Shown here: positions 33,401 to 44,722 of the stretch, in pieces
Position numbering within the stretch: position 1 is the first letter of the stretch
Layout of the letters: every line of letters starts with the position of its first letter
NCBI RefSeq assembly: GCF_035084215.1
Contig: NC_090332.1
Coordinates: 10,106,001 to 10,170,000, forward strand
Reading direction: 5' to 3'
Length of the DNA: 64,000 nt
Source of the DNA: Heptranchias perlo
Lineage: Eukaryota
Program-made: the position numbers and the translations under genes
Notes under the pieces: model-generated
The model's input: only the letters and a program-made list of their open reading frames with translations
Databases searched by the model: none
What the model was told of the DNA's origin: nothing

Positions 33401-35320
33401 CCCGGTCTCCCTCCCTCGCTCGCTGCCTGCCTGTCACCCGGTCTCCCTCCCTCGCTCGCTGCCTGCCTGTCACCCGGTCTCCCTCCCTCGCTCGCTGCCT
33501 GCCTGTCACCCGGTCTCCCTCCCTCGCTCGCTGCCTGCCTGTCACCCGGTCTCCCTCCCTCGCTCGCTGCCTGCCTGTCACCCGGTCTCCCTCCCTCGCT
33601 CGCTGCCTGTCTGTCACCCGGTCTCCCTCCCTCGCTCGCTGCCTGTCTGTCACCCGGTCTCCCTCCCTCGCTCGCTGCCTGTCTGTCACCCGGTCTCCCT
33701 CCCTCGCTCGCTGCCTGTCTGTCACCCGGTCTCCCTCCCTCGCTCGCTGCCTGTCTGTCACCCGGTCTCCCTCCCTCGCTCGCTGCCTGTCTGTCACCCG
33801 GTCTCCCTCCCTCGCTCGCTGCCTGTCTGTCACCCGGTCTCCCTCCCTCGCTCGCTGCCTGTCTGTCACCCGGTCTCCCTCCCTCGCTCGCTGCCTGTCT
33901 GTCACCCGGTCTCCCTCCCTCGCTCGCTGCCTGTCTGTCACCCGGTCTCCCTCCCTCGCTCGCTGCCTGTCTGTCACCCGGTCTCCCTCCCTCGCTCGCT
34001 GCCTGTCTGTCACCCGGTCTCCCTCCCTCGCTCGCTGCCTGTCTGTCACCCGGTCTCCCTCCCTCGCTCGCTGCCTGTCTGTCACCCGGTCTCCCTCCCT
34101 CGCTCGCTGCCTGTCTGTCACCCGGTCTCCCTCCCTCGCTCGCTGCCTGTCTGTCACCCGGTCTCCCTCCCTCGCTCGCTGCCTGTCTGTCACCCGGTCT
34201 CCCTCCCTCGCTCGCTGCCTGTCTGTCACCCGGTCTCCCTCCCTCGCTCGCTGCCTGTCTGTCACCCGGTCTCCCTCCCTCGCTCGCTGCCTGTCTGTCA
34301 CCCGGTCTCCCTCCCTCGCTCGCTGCCTGTCTGTCACCCGGTCTCCCTCCCTCGCTCGCTGCCTGTCTGTCACCCGGTCTCCCTCCCTCGCTCGCTGCCT
34401 GTCTGTCACCCGGTCTCCCTCCCTCGCTCGCTGCCTGTCTGTCACCCGGTCTCCCTCCCTCGCTCGCTGCCTGTCTGTCACCCGGTCTCCCTCCCTCGCT
34501 CGCTGCCTGTCTGTCACCCGGTCTCCCTCCCTCGCTCGCTGCCTGTCTGTCACCCGGTCTCCCTCCCTCGCTCGCTGCCTGTCTGTCACCCGGTCTCCCT
34601 CCCTCGCTCGCTGCCTGTCTGTCACCCGGTCTCCCTCCCTCGCTCGCTGCCTGTCTGTCACCCGGTCTCCCTCCCTCGCTCGCTGCCTGTCTGTCACCCG
34701 GTCTCCCTCCCTCGCTCGCTGCCTGTCTGTCACCCGGTCTCCCTCCCTCGCTCGCTGCCTGTCTGTCACCCGGTCTCCCTCCCTCGCTCGCTGCCTGTCT
34801 GTCACCCGGTCTCCCTCCCTCGCTCGCTGCCTGTCTGTCACCCGGTCTCCCTCCCTCGCTCGCTGCCTGTCTGTCACCCGGTCTCCCTCCCTCGCTCGCT
34901 GCCTGTCTGTCACCCGGTCTCCCTCCCTCGCTCGCTGCCTGTCTGTCACCCGGTCTCCCTCCCTCGCTCGCTGCCTGTCTGTCACCCGGTCTCCCTCCCT
35001 CGCTCGCTGCCTGTCTGTCACCCGGTCTCCCTCCCTCGCTCGCTGCCTGTCTGTCACCCGGTCTCCCTCCCTCGCTCGCTGCCTGTCTGTCACCCGGTCT
35101 CCCTCCCTCGCTCGCTGCCTGTCTGTCACCCGGTCTCCCTCCCTCGCTCGCTGCCTGTCTGTCACCCGGTCTCCCTCCCTCGCTCGCTGCCTGTCTGTCA
35201 CCCGGTCTCCCTCCCTCGCTCGCTGCCTGTCTGTCACCCGGTCTCCCTCCCTCGCCCTCTGCCTGCCTTCCTGCCACCCTGTCTCCCTCGCTCTCTGCCT
35301 GCCTTCCTGCCACCCTGTCT
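30460..35320. repeat. 4.9-kb GC-rich minisatellite with 28-, 32- and 36-bp unit domains
   Basis: Units ctgtcaccctgtctccctcgctgcctgt (28), ctgtcacccggtctcgctcgctcgctgcctgc (32) and ctgtcacccggtctccctccctcgctcgctgcctg(c/t) (36). Confidence 0.98.
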
Positions 35321-35729
35321 GCAGCTTACATTGTTCTGTTGTCTATTTAAATCCTCTGTTTTGCAGTCACTTTCCATCCAATTAGACTGGGACCAGGTTT
35401 AAATCCAAGATTTGCCAGCTGTAAACATCATCCTTCTCTAATCAGTATCATCCACACAGCCTGCTGTAGCTCAGACAGGCTGAATTCCAGCGTGGGGCTA
35501 AATCTTTTTATGCTCACCCTCATTCCCGCTCCTTTCATGTTTGGTTGCTTCTGTGGCTTTTTTTCCCGAAGTTTTCAGTATAACTTTTTGTCTGAGTTTT
35601 TGCGATTACGGCTTCTCGCTGTTTCACCAGTGTTGTATGGGTACTGACGAAATTAGCCAAGTCTCAAAATAATGTTTTAAAAAAAAATTGTCTAGTTGAT
35701 AAACAAAAGTTAGTTCTGGATATTATTGT

Positions 35730-36305
35730 CAGATTCCACATGTGCGCTGATGACCCCCAGCTCTACCCCACCACCACCTCTTGACCCCTGCACTGCCTAT
35801 GTTTTGTCACGCTGCTTGTCAGACATCCAATATTGGATGAGCAGAAATTTCCTCCAATTAAATATGGGAAGACTGAAGTCATTGTCTTCAGACCCCACCA
35901 TAAGCTCTGTTCCCTAACCACCGATTTCATCCCCTTCCCTTGCCATTGTCTGAGGCTGAACCAGACTGTTCGCAACCTCGGCGTCCTATTTGACCCTGAG
36001 CTGAGCTTCCGACCCCATATCCTTTCCATCACCAAGATCACTTACTTCCACCTCAGTAATATCACCCGTCTCTGCTCATCTGCTGCTGAAACCCTCACCC
36101 ATGCCTTTGTTACCTCCTGACTCGACTATTCCAACGCTCTCCAGGCCGGCTTCACATCTTCCACCCTCTATAAACTTGAGCTCATCCAAAACTCTGCTGC
36201 CCGTATCCTATCTCGCACCAAGTCAAATTTTGTCTGATTACACTGCTGTAAAGTGCTTTGGGATGTTTTACTACATTAAAGGTGCTATATAAATGCAAGT
36301 TGTTG
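35730..36305 (+). mobile_element. L2-clade LINE fragment with 3' tail
   Basis: Frame remnants (ADD..., CLSDIQYWMSRNFLQLN, KTEVIVF, VRNLGVLFDPELSF) and the tail aaaggtgctatataaatgcaagttgttg. Confidence 0.85.
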
Positions 36306-37621
36306 TATTGTAGATGGGAGAATTAAACAAAAGAATATTTTAAGTTGTACAGATCAAGATGAACAATTTGGTACTTAATATAGTTGAGTATATTTGGCTA
36401 CTGGTCCAGAGTTGCAGTTAGACTGCAGTCAGTGTGAAGCTCAAATCATTTGAGAGTACCTCTTTGAGGTGATTTTATACCTTTTGCTGGCGGTCTTATA
36501 CTTTTTGCCTAGGTGTGCTTCTGGGTGTCTTTGCAACAATATCACACTACACAATTTGCATTGATGCATAGCTGAAGCCAATTGGATTGATGCCAACTGT
36601 ATAGCATAACTGGGAAACCAGTTGCATTAATATAACTTGACTACAGGTCATTATTTTGGTTGGGGGTAGATTAAGGTTATCATGAGGTTGTGATTGCTGT
36701 TTATTTCTAAACGAGAATGCCTTGAATTTGTGGTGTGCTGTGTTCGAGTTTACAATTGTTGTCAATTGTGCGGACTGCCAGTTGAGTGAATTCTTACAAA
36801 ACTGATCATTGGTGCTCTGCAGAATCTGCTTTGGGCAGATAAATGATAAAACTACAGTTGTGTTGGATCCCCTGCCGTATCAAGCATTATAAGGAATTAA
36901 AAGATCATTCCTTCATAAGTTGTCATGTCAATTCTGATTTGCATTTGGAGTGGATTGATATATTTAGAAATTTCTAAATTGTGGGTGTGCTGTTTAATGA
37001 ACAAAGGTTTTAAATCAGGCCCATCACAGTCTGAAATTTTGTCATTAGGACTTTTTGGATGTATATTGGAAGAGGAAATGGTTAAATAATTGTCCTTGTT
37101 ACGTCCTTTAGATCAGATAATCCTGTCGTATGTTGAGATCAGTACCATTTTACCTATAATTTATGCATGCTGGTCCCTTCACAGAATATACTTGGTCCAG
37201 TTAATTAGATACCAATTAGATGTTTTATGATTTAATACTGTCTCGGAAAATTATATGAGTATTGTGGTAGTGGTCTGTCATCAGATAGTAATTTTTAGCA
37301 TTTGATATCATTTAAATCTTTCACAGATCTCTCATTATGCTGGACAAGAAAAGTTGCCTATTTTACTTGTCAATACCAGCTATTGTATGAGCCAAACTTT
37401 TGGCTTCTTCGAAGCATTCTAATTCTAATATTATTGTAAACCCTATTACTGTATTTAGTTGTGACTGGTCATTGGACTACTGTATACCGTAACATACTCC
37501 CACTTCAGTGGTCTGACAGTACAGACTGGCAGTAATAAGAATTCATGTTAGCACTTTGAGCGATCTATTTTGTGCAAGCAGTGCTGGAGCATTAGTGTTC
37601 AAGGAACAGCAGCTCATACAA

Positions 37622-37850
37622 AGCAAAATACTGCGGATGCTGGAAATCTGAAATAAAAACAGAAAATGCTGGAAACACTCATCAAGTCAGGCAGCATCTA
37701 TGGAAAGAGAAACGGAGTTAACGTTTCCGTTCAGTGACCTTTCAGACCTGATGAAAGATCATTGCATTGACCTGAAATGTTAACTCTGTTTCTCTCTCCA
37801 TAGATGCTGCCTGATCTGCTGAGTGTTTCCATCATTTTCTGTTTTTATAT
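37622..37850. mobile_element. Penelope-like fold-back mini-element with TSD and hammerhead-like core
   Basis: Imperfect inverted arms at about 37653-37727 and 37774-37848; CTGATGA...GACCTGAAA at 37748-37777; 12-bp TSD cagctcatacaa at 37610-37621 and 37851-37862. Confidence 0.85.
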
Positions 37851-40249
37851 CAGCTCATACAATTCCTATTGCAACATAAACCTTGAGGCTAAAGTGCTGT
37901 GGTTTGAGTAGCCAATCAGGATTTCACCTGGTCATACGTAGAAAATAAGAACTGAATTTGGAAAAAATAAAGGGTGAGACATGGACCGGATCCCAGGCAC
38001 TTCAGCACAGAATGGAATAAGATCCAATTTAAAAGCAAGGCAGCACAGGTTGTGCTTCCAATTTTTTCCTTTCCTATCTTGAAGCTACTGACATGCTAGG
38101 ATATGGCGCAGTGTACCAACAGCCCTCCAGTAATGGTGCTTAAGTGACCATTCTTTAATGAGCCTAAGTGATCTGTGTCAGCAAGTGTTAGACCATGAGA
38201 TCACAAGATAGGGAGTAAGAATCCTGGCTGTTGTTTTTCCACTTTTCCCCAGCCCTGAAGCACCAAGGCCAACTATGACCAATTATCTAATTCCGCTCAA
38301 ACCAGAGGGACCTTCCTTGTCTGTACTGCCCAGTACCACACCAGGCAGTGTGTTTACATGCAGTCAGCAAAGCTCCTACTCCATTTTTAAAAAAAAACAT
38401 ACGTTTTGTGAATAAAACTTAACAAATCACAGCACAAGTATAATTTATAATGGCCCACCAAAGGGATTTACCGTTTTGCAGGTGTGAAATTTCCCCCCAC
38501 CATCAAGGAAGCATCAGAGGTCCCGCCAACAGCCTATGAATGAATGACCAGATAATCTGTGTGTGTTGATATTGGTTGAGGGAGGAATGTTAACTCTGTG
38601 GCCAGGACACCTTGCTTGTCTTTGCATAGCATCATGTGAGTTTTTGCGTCTACTTGAACAGGCAGACTGGGCTGAAGTTTAACATTTCACCTGAAATGTA
38701 GGACCTCCATAAGTGTGAGTTTGAACTCGCAGCCTTCTGACATAAAAGCAAGTGAGTTATCGATTGAGTCAATTGATGACTCACGTAGTTATTGGAATTA
38801 TCTTGGGTGGTGTATTTTTTAACACATATTTTGGGATAAAGCTAGTATAGAGCCTTAATTTGCAGCATTCCTTTAAAACTTAATCTCATCCTGCTGTATA
38901 AACAGAATATTGAGCTATGAAAAGTGAATTAGCATGTCTATTTAACTGTTGAGCAATTACAGTTTGCGTGGCAATTGTAGTTGTGGTTTCTTTTTAAATG
39001 TTTTCACCAGTTACTTTGTGTACTGCAATAATCCCTAAACCACCCACAGAACACCTTTTTATGCTTTTAATTTCCCTTTCCTCTTTTGGGATGTCTTTAC
39101 TGGGAGGGATGCATTGTGTTCTTTGTGCTGTAGCTGTAAGTAGATTAATGTGGTGCTATGGTACTTGACTAAAAGACTGGTAATAATCTGTGCCAGGTCC
39201 AGTCAGGAAGGGATGTGGCTATTTACTGACTGCAGAAAAATCCCAATTTAACTTGTTATTGACTTGAGCATTTCTGACCTAGAATTCTCTTTTTAAAATG
39301 GAATTACATGCTGGGGCTCTAATGTATTACATGACTGGTTTAGCGATTTAGGTTTGTGTTCTTGACCTCAGTATGATCTCAGTATGGTTGTGCCAACTTT
39401 TTTTTGTGTTGAATCTGCTCAATTTATATTTTGGCTCAGATTTCTTAACCAGAGAAACTCTGTTTTTGAGATTCAAGCATATGTAGTTTCTCCAAAGTCA
39501 CAAATGCAACATTAACGTTACTGAACATGTGTAGATCGTGCAAAATGGCATTTGACGATGGAGTCTGGTTTTGTATATTCCCTGATGTTGGGGAGTGTCC
39601 GTACAGACCAGCGATGTTAATGCTACATTAACGGCCTATATGGACAGCCTGTGACCAGACCACAAAATGGCGGACTTGATCTAGGTTTTGATGTTGCATG
39701 ATGTTTATGCTACCACCAATGGTGCTCTTGCCATTGGAGGAAACCCTGTTGTACAAATAGGACACTGGTAACAGGTTTGAGTGACATTGGTGATGTCTAT
39801 AGACCAGATGACCTCCCTGCCTTGTAGGCTAAAGGTGGCAGGGGGCATCGGGGCGATCCAAGAATTTTGCTTATTAAAACAATTTTTCAGAGTGTCTGAT
39901 GGGTAGGACATTCTATACTGAAATCACACTTTGCTACAGAAAATTTGGTGACATGTCTTTTTAAAAAAAAAATTATCTTTCATAAAATGCCTAATATCAA
40001 TGAAATTCCACAGTCTGGCTGTGGAGGAAATTTTGTGGCTCATTCCAAGAATTCTATGAATGAATTGTGTGATTTTATGTATTACTCTAAATCTATAATC
40101 TAACCCTCATCAGAAATTAGCAAAACAAAATCTAATTACAAATGTTGCCTCTAAGAAAAAAGATGCGAATTTTGAATGTCCAAAGATGGAACTCTGAAGA
40201 TGAAAACATGGTTTGCTAAAGGTGAATTACCCAGTCGTAGCCAGAGAAT

Positions 40250-41338
40250 CTCCTGCAGTGGTTTTTCTTTCCACTCCCGCACCTACATCTGGAGTTTCCC
40301 AAGGATCCATCCTTGACACCCCATTTCTCATCAACATGCTGCCACTTAGTGCATCATTTGAAAACATATCAGGTTCCACGTATACGCTGACGACACCCTA
40401 AGCTCTACCTCTCCATCACCTCTCTCGACCCCTTCCACTGCTTTTGAAATTGTCAGACTGCTTGTCTGACATCCAGGCCTGCATGAGCTGAAATTACCTC
40501 CAAATAAACATTTGGAAGATTGATGTCATTGTCTTTGGCTCCCACCACAAACTCCATTCCCTAGCCACCGATTCCATCCCCCTCCCTGGCCACTGTGTCA
40601 GGCTAAACTAGCTGTTCGCAACCTCAGCATCTTATTTGATCCTGAGTTGAGCTTCCGATCCCATAATTCTCTCCATCATCAAGCCCACCTACTTCCATCT
40701 CTGTCACATCACCTGTCTCCACCCCTGCCTGAGCCCATCTGCTGCTGAAACCGTCATCTGTGCTTTTGTTGCCTCCAGACCTGAGTACTCCAGTGCACTT
40801 CTGGCCGGCCTCCCATCCTTTAGCCTCCATAAACTTAAGCTCATCCAAAATTCTGCTGCCCATATCCTAAATCGTACCAAATCCCATTCATCTACCAGCC
40901 CTGTGCTTGCTGACCTGCATTGGCTCCTTGACCAGCGACATCTCAATTTTAATATTCTCATCCTCGTGCAAATCCCTCCGTGGCCTGGCTCCTCCTCTCT
41001 CTCTAACCTCCTCCAGCTCTACAACCCTCCGAGAACTCTGCATTCCTCCAATTCTGGCCTCTTGTGCATCCTCCCTTTCTTCGCCTCACCATTGGATGCC
41101 CTACCTTCAACCATCTCGGGCCGAAGCTCTGGAATCCCCTCCCTAAACCTCTCCGACTCTCCCCCTCTCTCTCCTCCTTTGAGACACTCCTTAAAACCTA
41201 TCTCTTAGGCTAAGCTTTTGGTCACTTGTCTTAATATCGAATGCTTAGCTCCGTGTAAATTTTTGTCTGATTACGCTCCTTTTAAGCGCCTTGGGACATT
41301 TTGCTACGTTAAAGGTGCTTTATAAATGCAAGTTGTTG
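40250..41338 (+). mobile_element. L2-clade LINE 3' ~1.1 kb
   Basis: GVSQGSIL, tatacgctgacgacacc (YADD), LADLHWL, and the L2 tail ataaatgcaagttgttg. Confidence 0.88.
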
Positions 41339-41589
41339 AATTAATAGTGATAATATTGCAGCTGCTGATCTGAGCGTGGTATTAATGCACATTATGCAGA
41401 CCTTTGTTATACTGCGGAATAATAGTCTGAGTCTGACCAAGGTACGGTGCCACAGGCGCTCTGCATCCTAATATCTAATTTTTAATGTTCAAGCCCATAT
41501 GGGAGATTTCATATGATTATAATTTCAGAATGTTTAATGGGCCTCCTAGGCATTTACAAAGTGGTGCATTTCTCTGCTCTGGAGGTATT

Positions 41590-42030
41590 GGGAATTAAAT
41601 ATTGGGAAGGCCGAAGCCATTGCCTTCGTCCCCGCCACAAATTCTGTTCCCTAGGCATTGATTCCATCCCTTCCCTGTCCACTGTCTGAGGTTGAACTAG
41701 ACTGTTCACAACTTCGGCGTCCTTTTTGACCTTGAGCTGAGCTTCCGACCCCATATCCTCTCCCTCTCTGAGACCGCCTCAATCAATCTCTGCAATATTG
41801 CCCGGCTCCTCCCATGCCTCAGCTTGTCTGCTGCTGAAGACATCATCCATGCCTTTATCTCCAGACTCGACTTCCACCTCTCATCTTCCACCCTTCGTAA
41901 ACTTGAGCTCATCCAAAACTCTGCAGCCTTTACCGTAACTCGCAACCGAGTCCCGTTCACCCAATGCCCCTGCGCTCGTTGACCTAAATTGGCCCCCGGT
42001 CTTGCAGTGCCTCAATTTAAAAATTCTCAT
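41590..42030 (+). mobile_element. L2-clade LINE internal fragment
   Basis: Parallels 35850-36200 and 40500-40960. Confidence 0.8.
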
Positions 42031-42829
42031 TGAGTCTTTTCAGAAGCAAATATTCGGATTTATAACTGACAGTCTTAATTATAAGTATCATACCAACATT
42101 GTAATTGAGGCTACATCAACTCCTCATCCTCATATCCACTTGAAATGACATGTAGTAACGGTTTTGGTACCGATATAGAACTGACATATCTGGATGGGTA
42201 CATTTTGCTCACAGCTAAAATTAAAGTGCGTTTGCGAAAGGACCCGTAAAGACTTCTTAAAGTTACAAGTACAGGCATTTGTACAATTAACACAGATGTA
42301 GCTTTTTTTCAATCAAAGCTCTTAATTAAAAGTTGTCCTTCCAGGTCGCAAGGCCACAAGAAAAAGATAGATGAGAGAGGCCTTTTGTTCCATCTTAGAT
42401 GATCAATCTGCAAAAAAGCTTACAGTTGCCCTCCTCCCCAAATGCATTTTCAAATTGGATTTCAAATCTAAGATTTCTCCTTCCTTTGCTGTACCCAAGT
42501 TGATCAAACTATACATGACAAATTTTCTTGACATTCCTCCACTTTTAGTCTATATCTCCTTGTTCTGCCATTTTGGCCTATTTTGAAAGTGTTCTAGATT
42601 TACCTTATCTAATCTTCTTAATGTCTTATGTATATACAGCTATTTGGTCACTTCTTAGTGACTCCCTTTCAAGGAGAAAGGGCACCAGCTCTTCCTAATA
42701 CTAGGAAATTCTGTTTGTCCTATTCCCTGGTTGAGGCTGTTTAAACTCTGCTTCAGTTTTCTATTTGTCTTGCATTTTGTGCTATCCAATATTGATTGTA
42801 GCATGCACTTCAGGACAAGTAAGAAGGAA

Positions 42830-43215
42830 AGAAAGAACTTGCATTTATATAACATCTTTCAGATCAGGACATCCCAAAGCTTGATAGTACTTTTGAAGTG
42901 CAATCACTATTGTAATGTAGGAAACTCGGCAGCCAATTTACACGCAGCAAGGGCTTACAAACAGCAATGAAATAAATAACTAGATAATCTGTTTTCGTTG
43001 AAAGATAAATGTTGGCCAGGATACTGGAAAAACTCTCCTGCTCTTCTTTGAATAGTGCCATGGGATGTTTTATGCCAACTGAGAGGGCAGACATTGCATC
43101 CGAAAGACGGCGTCTCTGACTGTGCAGCACTCTTTCACTACTGCACTGAAGTGTCAGCCTACATTATGTGCTCAAGTCTTAGGATTGGATCTTGAACCTA
43201 CCATCTTTTGACTCT
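42830..43215 (-). mobile_element. Deu-domain tRNA-derived SINE (SacSINE1-like)
   Basis: L2-type tail gaacttgcatttatataac, core ctctttgaatagtgccatgggat, B-box-like cttgaacc. Confidence 0.75.
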
Positions 43216-43219
43216 GTGT

Positions 43220-43650
43220 CAACCTTGGCTCAGTAGTACCACACTTGTTTCTCTGTCAGTAGGTCGTGGGTTCAAGCCCCACTCCAGAGACTTGAGCACA
43301 GAATTTCGGTTGGCATTCCAGTGCAGTAATGAGGGAGTGCTGCACTGGTGATGGTGCCGTCTTTCAGATTATGTTGAACCGAGGCCTTGACAGTCCTCTC
43401 AGGTGGATGGAAAAGATCCCACGGCACTATTCAAAGAGGAGCAGGAGTGTTCTCCTGGTGTCCTGGCCAACATTTATCCTTCAACCAACTCAACAAATCT
43501 GGTAACTTATTTCATTGCTGTTTGCGGGATCTTGTGGTGCTCAAATTGGCTGCGGTGTTTCCTACACAACAACAGTGACTGCACTTCAAAAAGTAAAGCT
43601 TAAAGTCCTGAGGTTGTGAAAGGTTCTACGTCTATAAATGCAAATTCTTT
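43220..43650 (+). mobile_element. Deu-domain tRNA-derived SINE (SacSINE1-like)
   Basis: A-box tggctcagtagta, B-box ggttcaagccc, core ccgaggcc...ctcaggtggatggaaaagatcccacggcactatt, tail tataaatgcaa. Confidence 0.8.
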
Positions 43651-43890
43651 GTTTAGATCTGAGGGTCCTCCCCTGAGCCATAGCTGACAGCTGTGAAATA
43701 CTTGTGTCTCATAGATTGTTAGAAGGGTGGATTGTTAGAAGTTCCTCTTGCTCTTCTAATTTTTTTGAAGTTAGATTTTATTTTCATATTGAAACAAATA
43801 CTAAGCTGCAAGCTGTGTGATAAGTTTATTCTCAATTATTAGACTGAATATATATTACTTGTCGGAACTAAACAAAATGTATCTCACAGT

Positions 43891-44722
43891 CTGCTGTTCA
43901 GTATCATTTCTGGATGTGACTTATCTTGCTGCAAATAGGATTTCTGTTTTCCTGCTGTAAGAATGTGATGATCTATTTCTCTCCCTCCCCGCCCCAAATG
44001 GTTGGGCGTAACTCAAGTGTCCCCTCAGGAATATTTTTCTTTACATATGTTCATGTATATATTTAATGAAGCTATTGTACATTTAGGTGTACATTCACAT
44101 ATATATTGTGAATCCATTTTATGATTAAGAGGCATTAACATAGATATTTTGAGGTCATTGTATATTAACGTGTACAATCGCACATTTTGAGGGTGTACAT
44201 TCTTATACGTTCATGAAGTCATTGCACATCCTCACTACACATGCATGTGGGAGGAATGTATGACTACATCAGGCTGTTTGCACGGAGAGCAGTGTAGGGT
44301 GGCGGGTGGCTGGGGGTTGAGGCAGCTTGTTTAGCCCTTAGTTATTGTGTTCATTCGTGTTGCGCATGGCGGGAAGGGGTCCTGCCTACTGTTGGTCTTC
44401 TTAGCTAGTGGGTGGGGTACAATGCTAAGGAGGTAGTTTGTGTTGTGTGGGTCTCCAAAAACAACCCCCAGACTGCCTGATACTTAATTCCAGGTAGAGG
44501 TGCAAAATCACTCCTTCTGATATGTTTCAGCCACATTAGTTGTGGTTGGGTCTGCCCTTTGCCACAAAGGGGATACATCTTCTTGTAACTAGTAAGAAGA
44601 ATTGTGCTAACTTGCTTATTGCAGGAGGAACTTTTCTCTCCAGTGGGCAAGCCCAGCAAGCTGCTGTTCAGTATCATTTCTGGATGTGACTTATCTTGCT
44701 GTAAATGGGATTTCTGTTTTCC
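43891..44722. repeat. 62-bp dispersed direct duplication
   Basis: 43891-43952 versus 44661-44722, two mismatches. Confidence 0.9.

Noticed and set aside
30460-35320. CRISPR-like periodicity of 28-36 bp
   Set aside because: Contiguous tandem units with no unique spacers, no cas genes, and a eukaryotic context.
30301-35402. Five ORFs of 970-1694 aa on both strands
   Set aside because: By-products of a stop-free minisatellite (one A per unit on the + strand); open in all three + frames, non-ATG starts, no domains.
43225-43290. tRNA gene suggested by A- and B-box motifs
   Set aside because: No cloverleaf; it continues into a SINE body, so it is a tRNA-derived SINE head.
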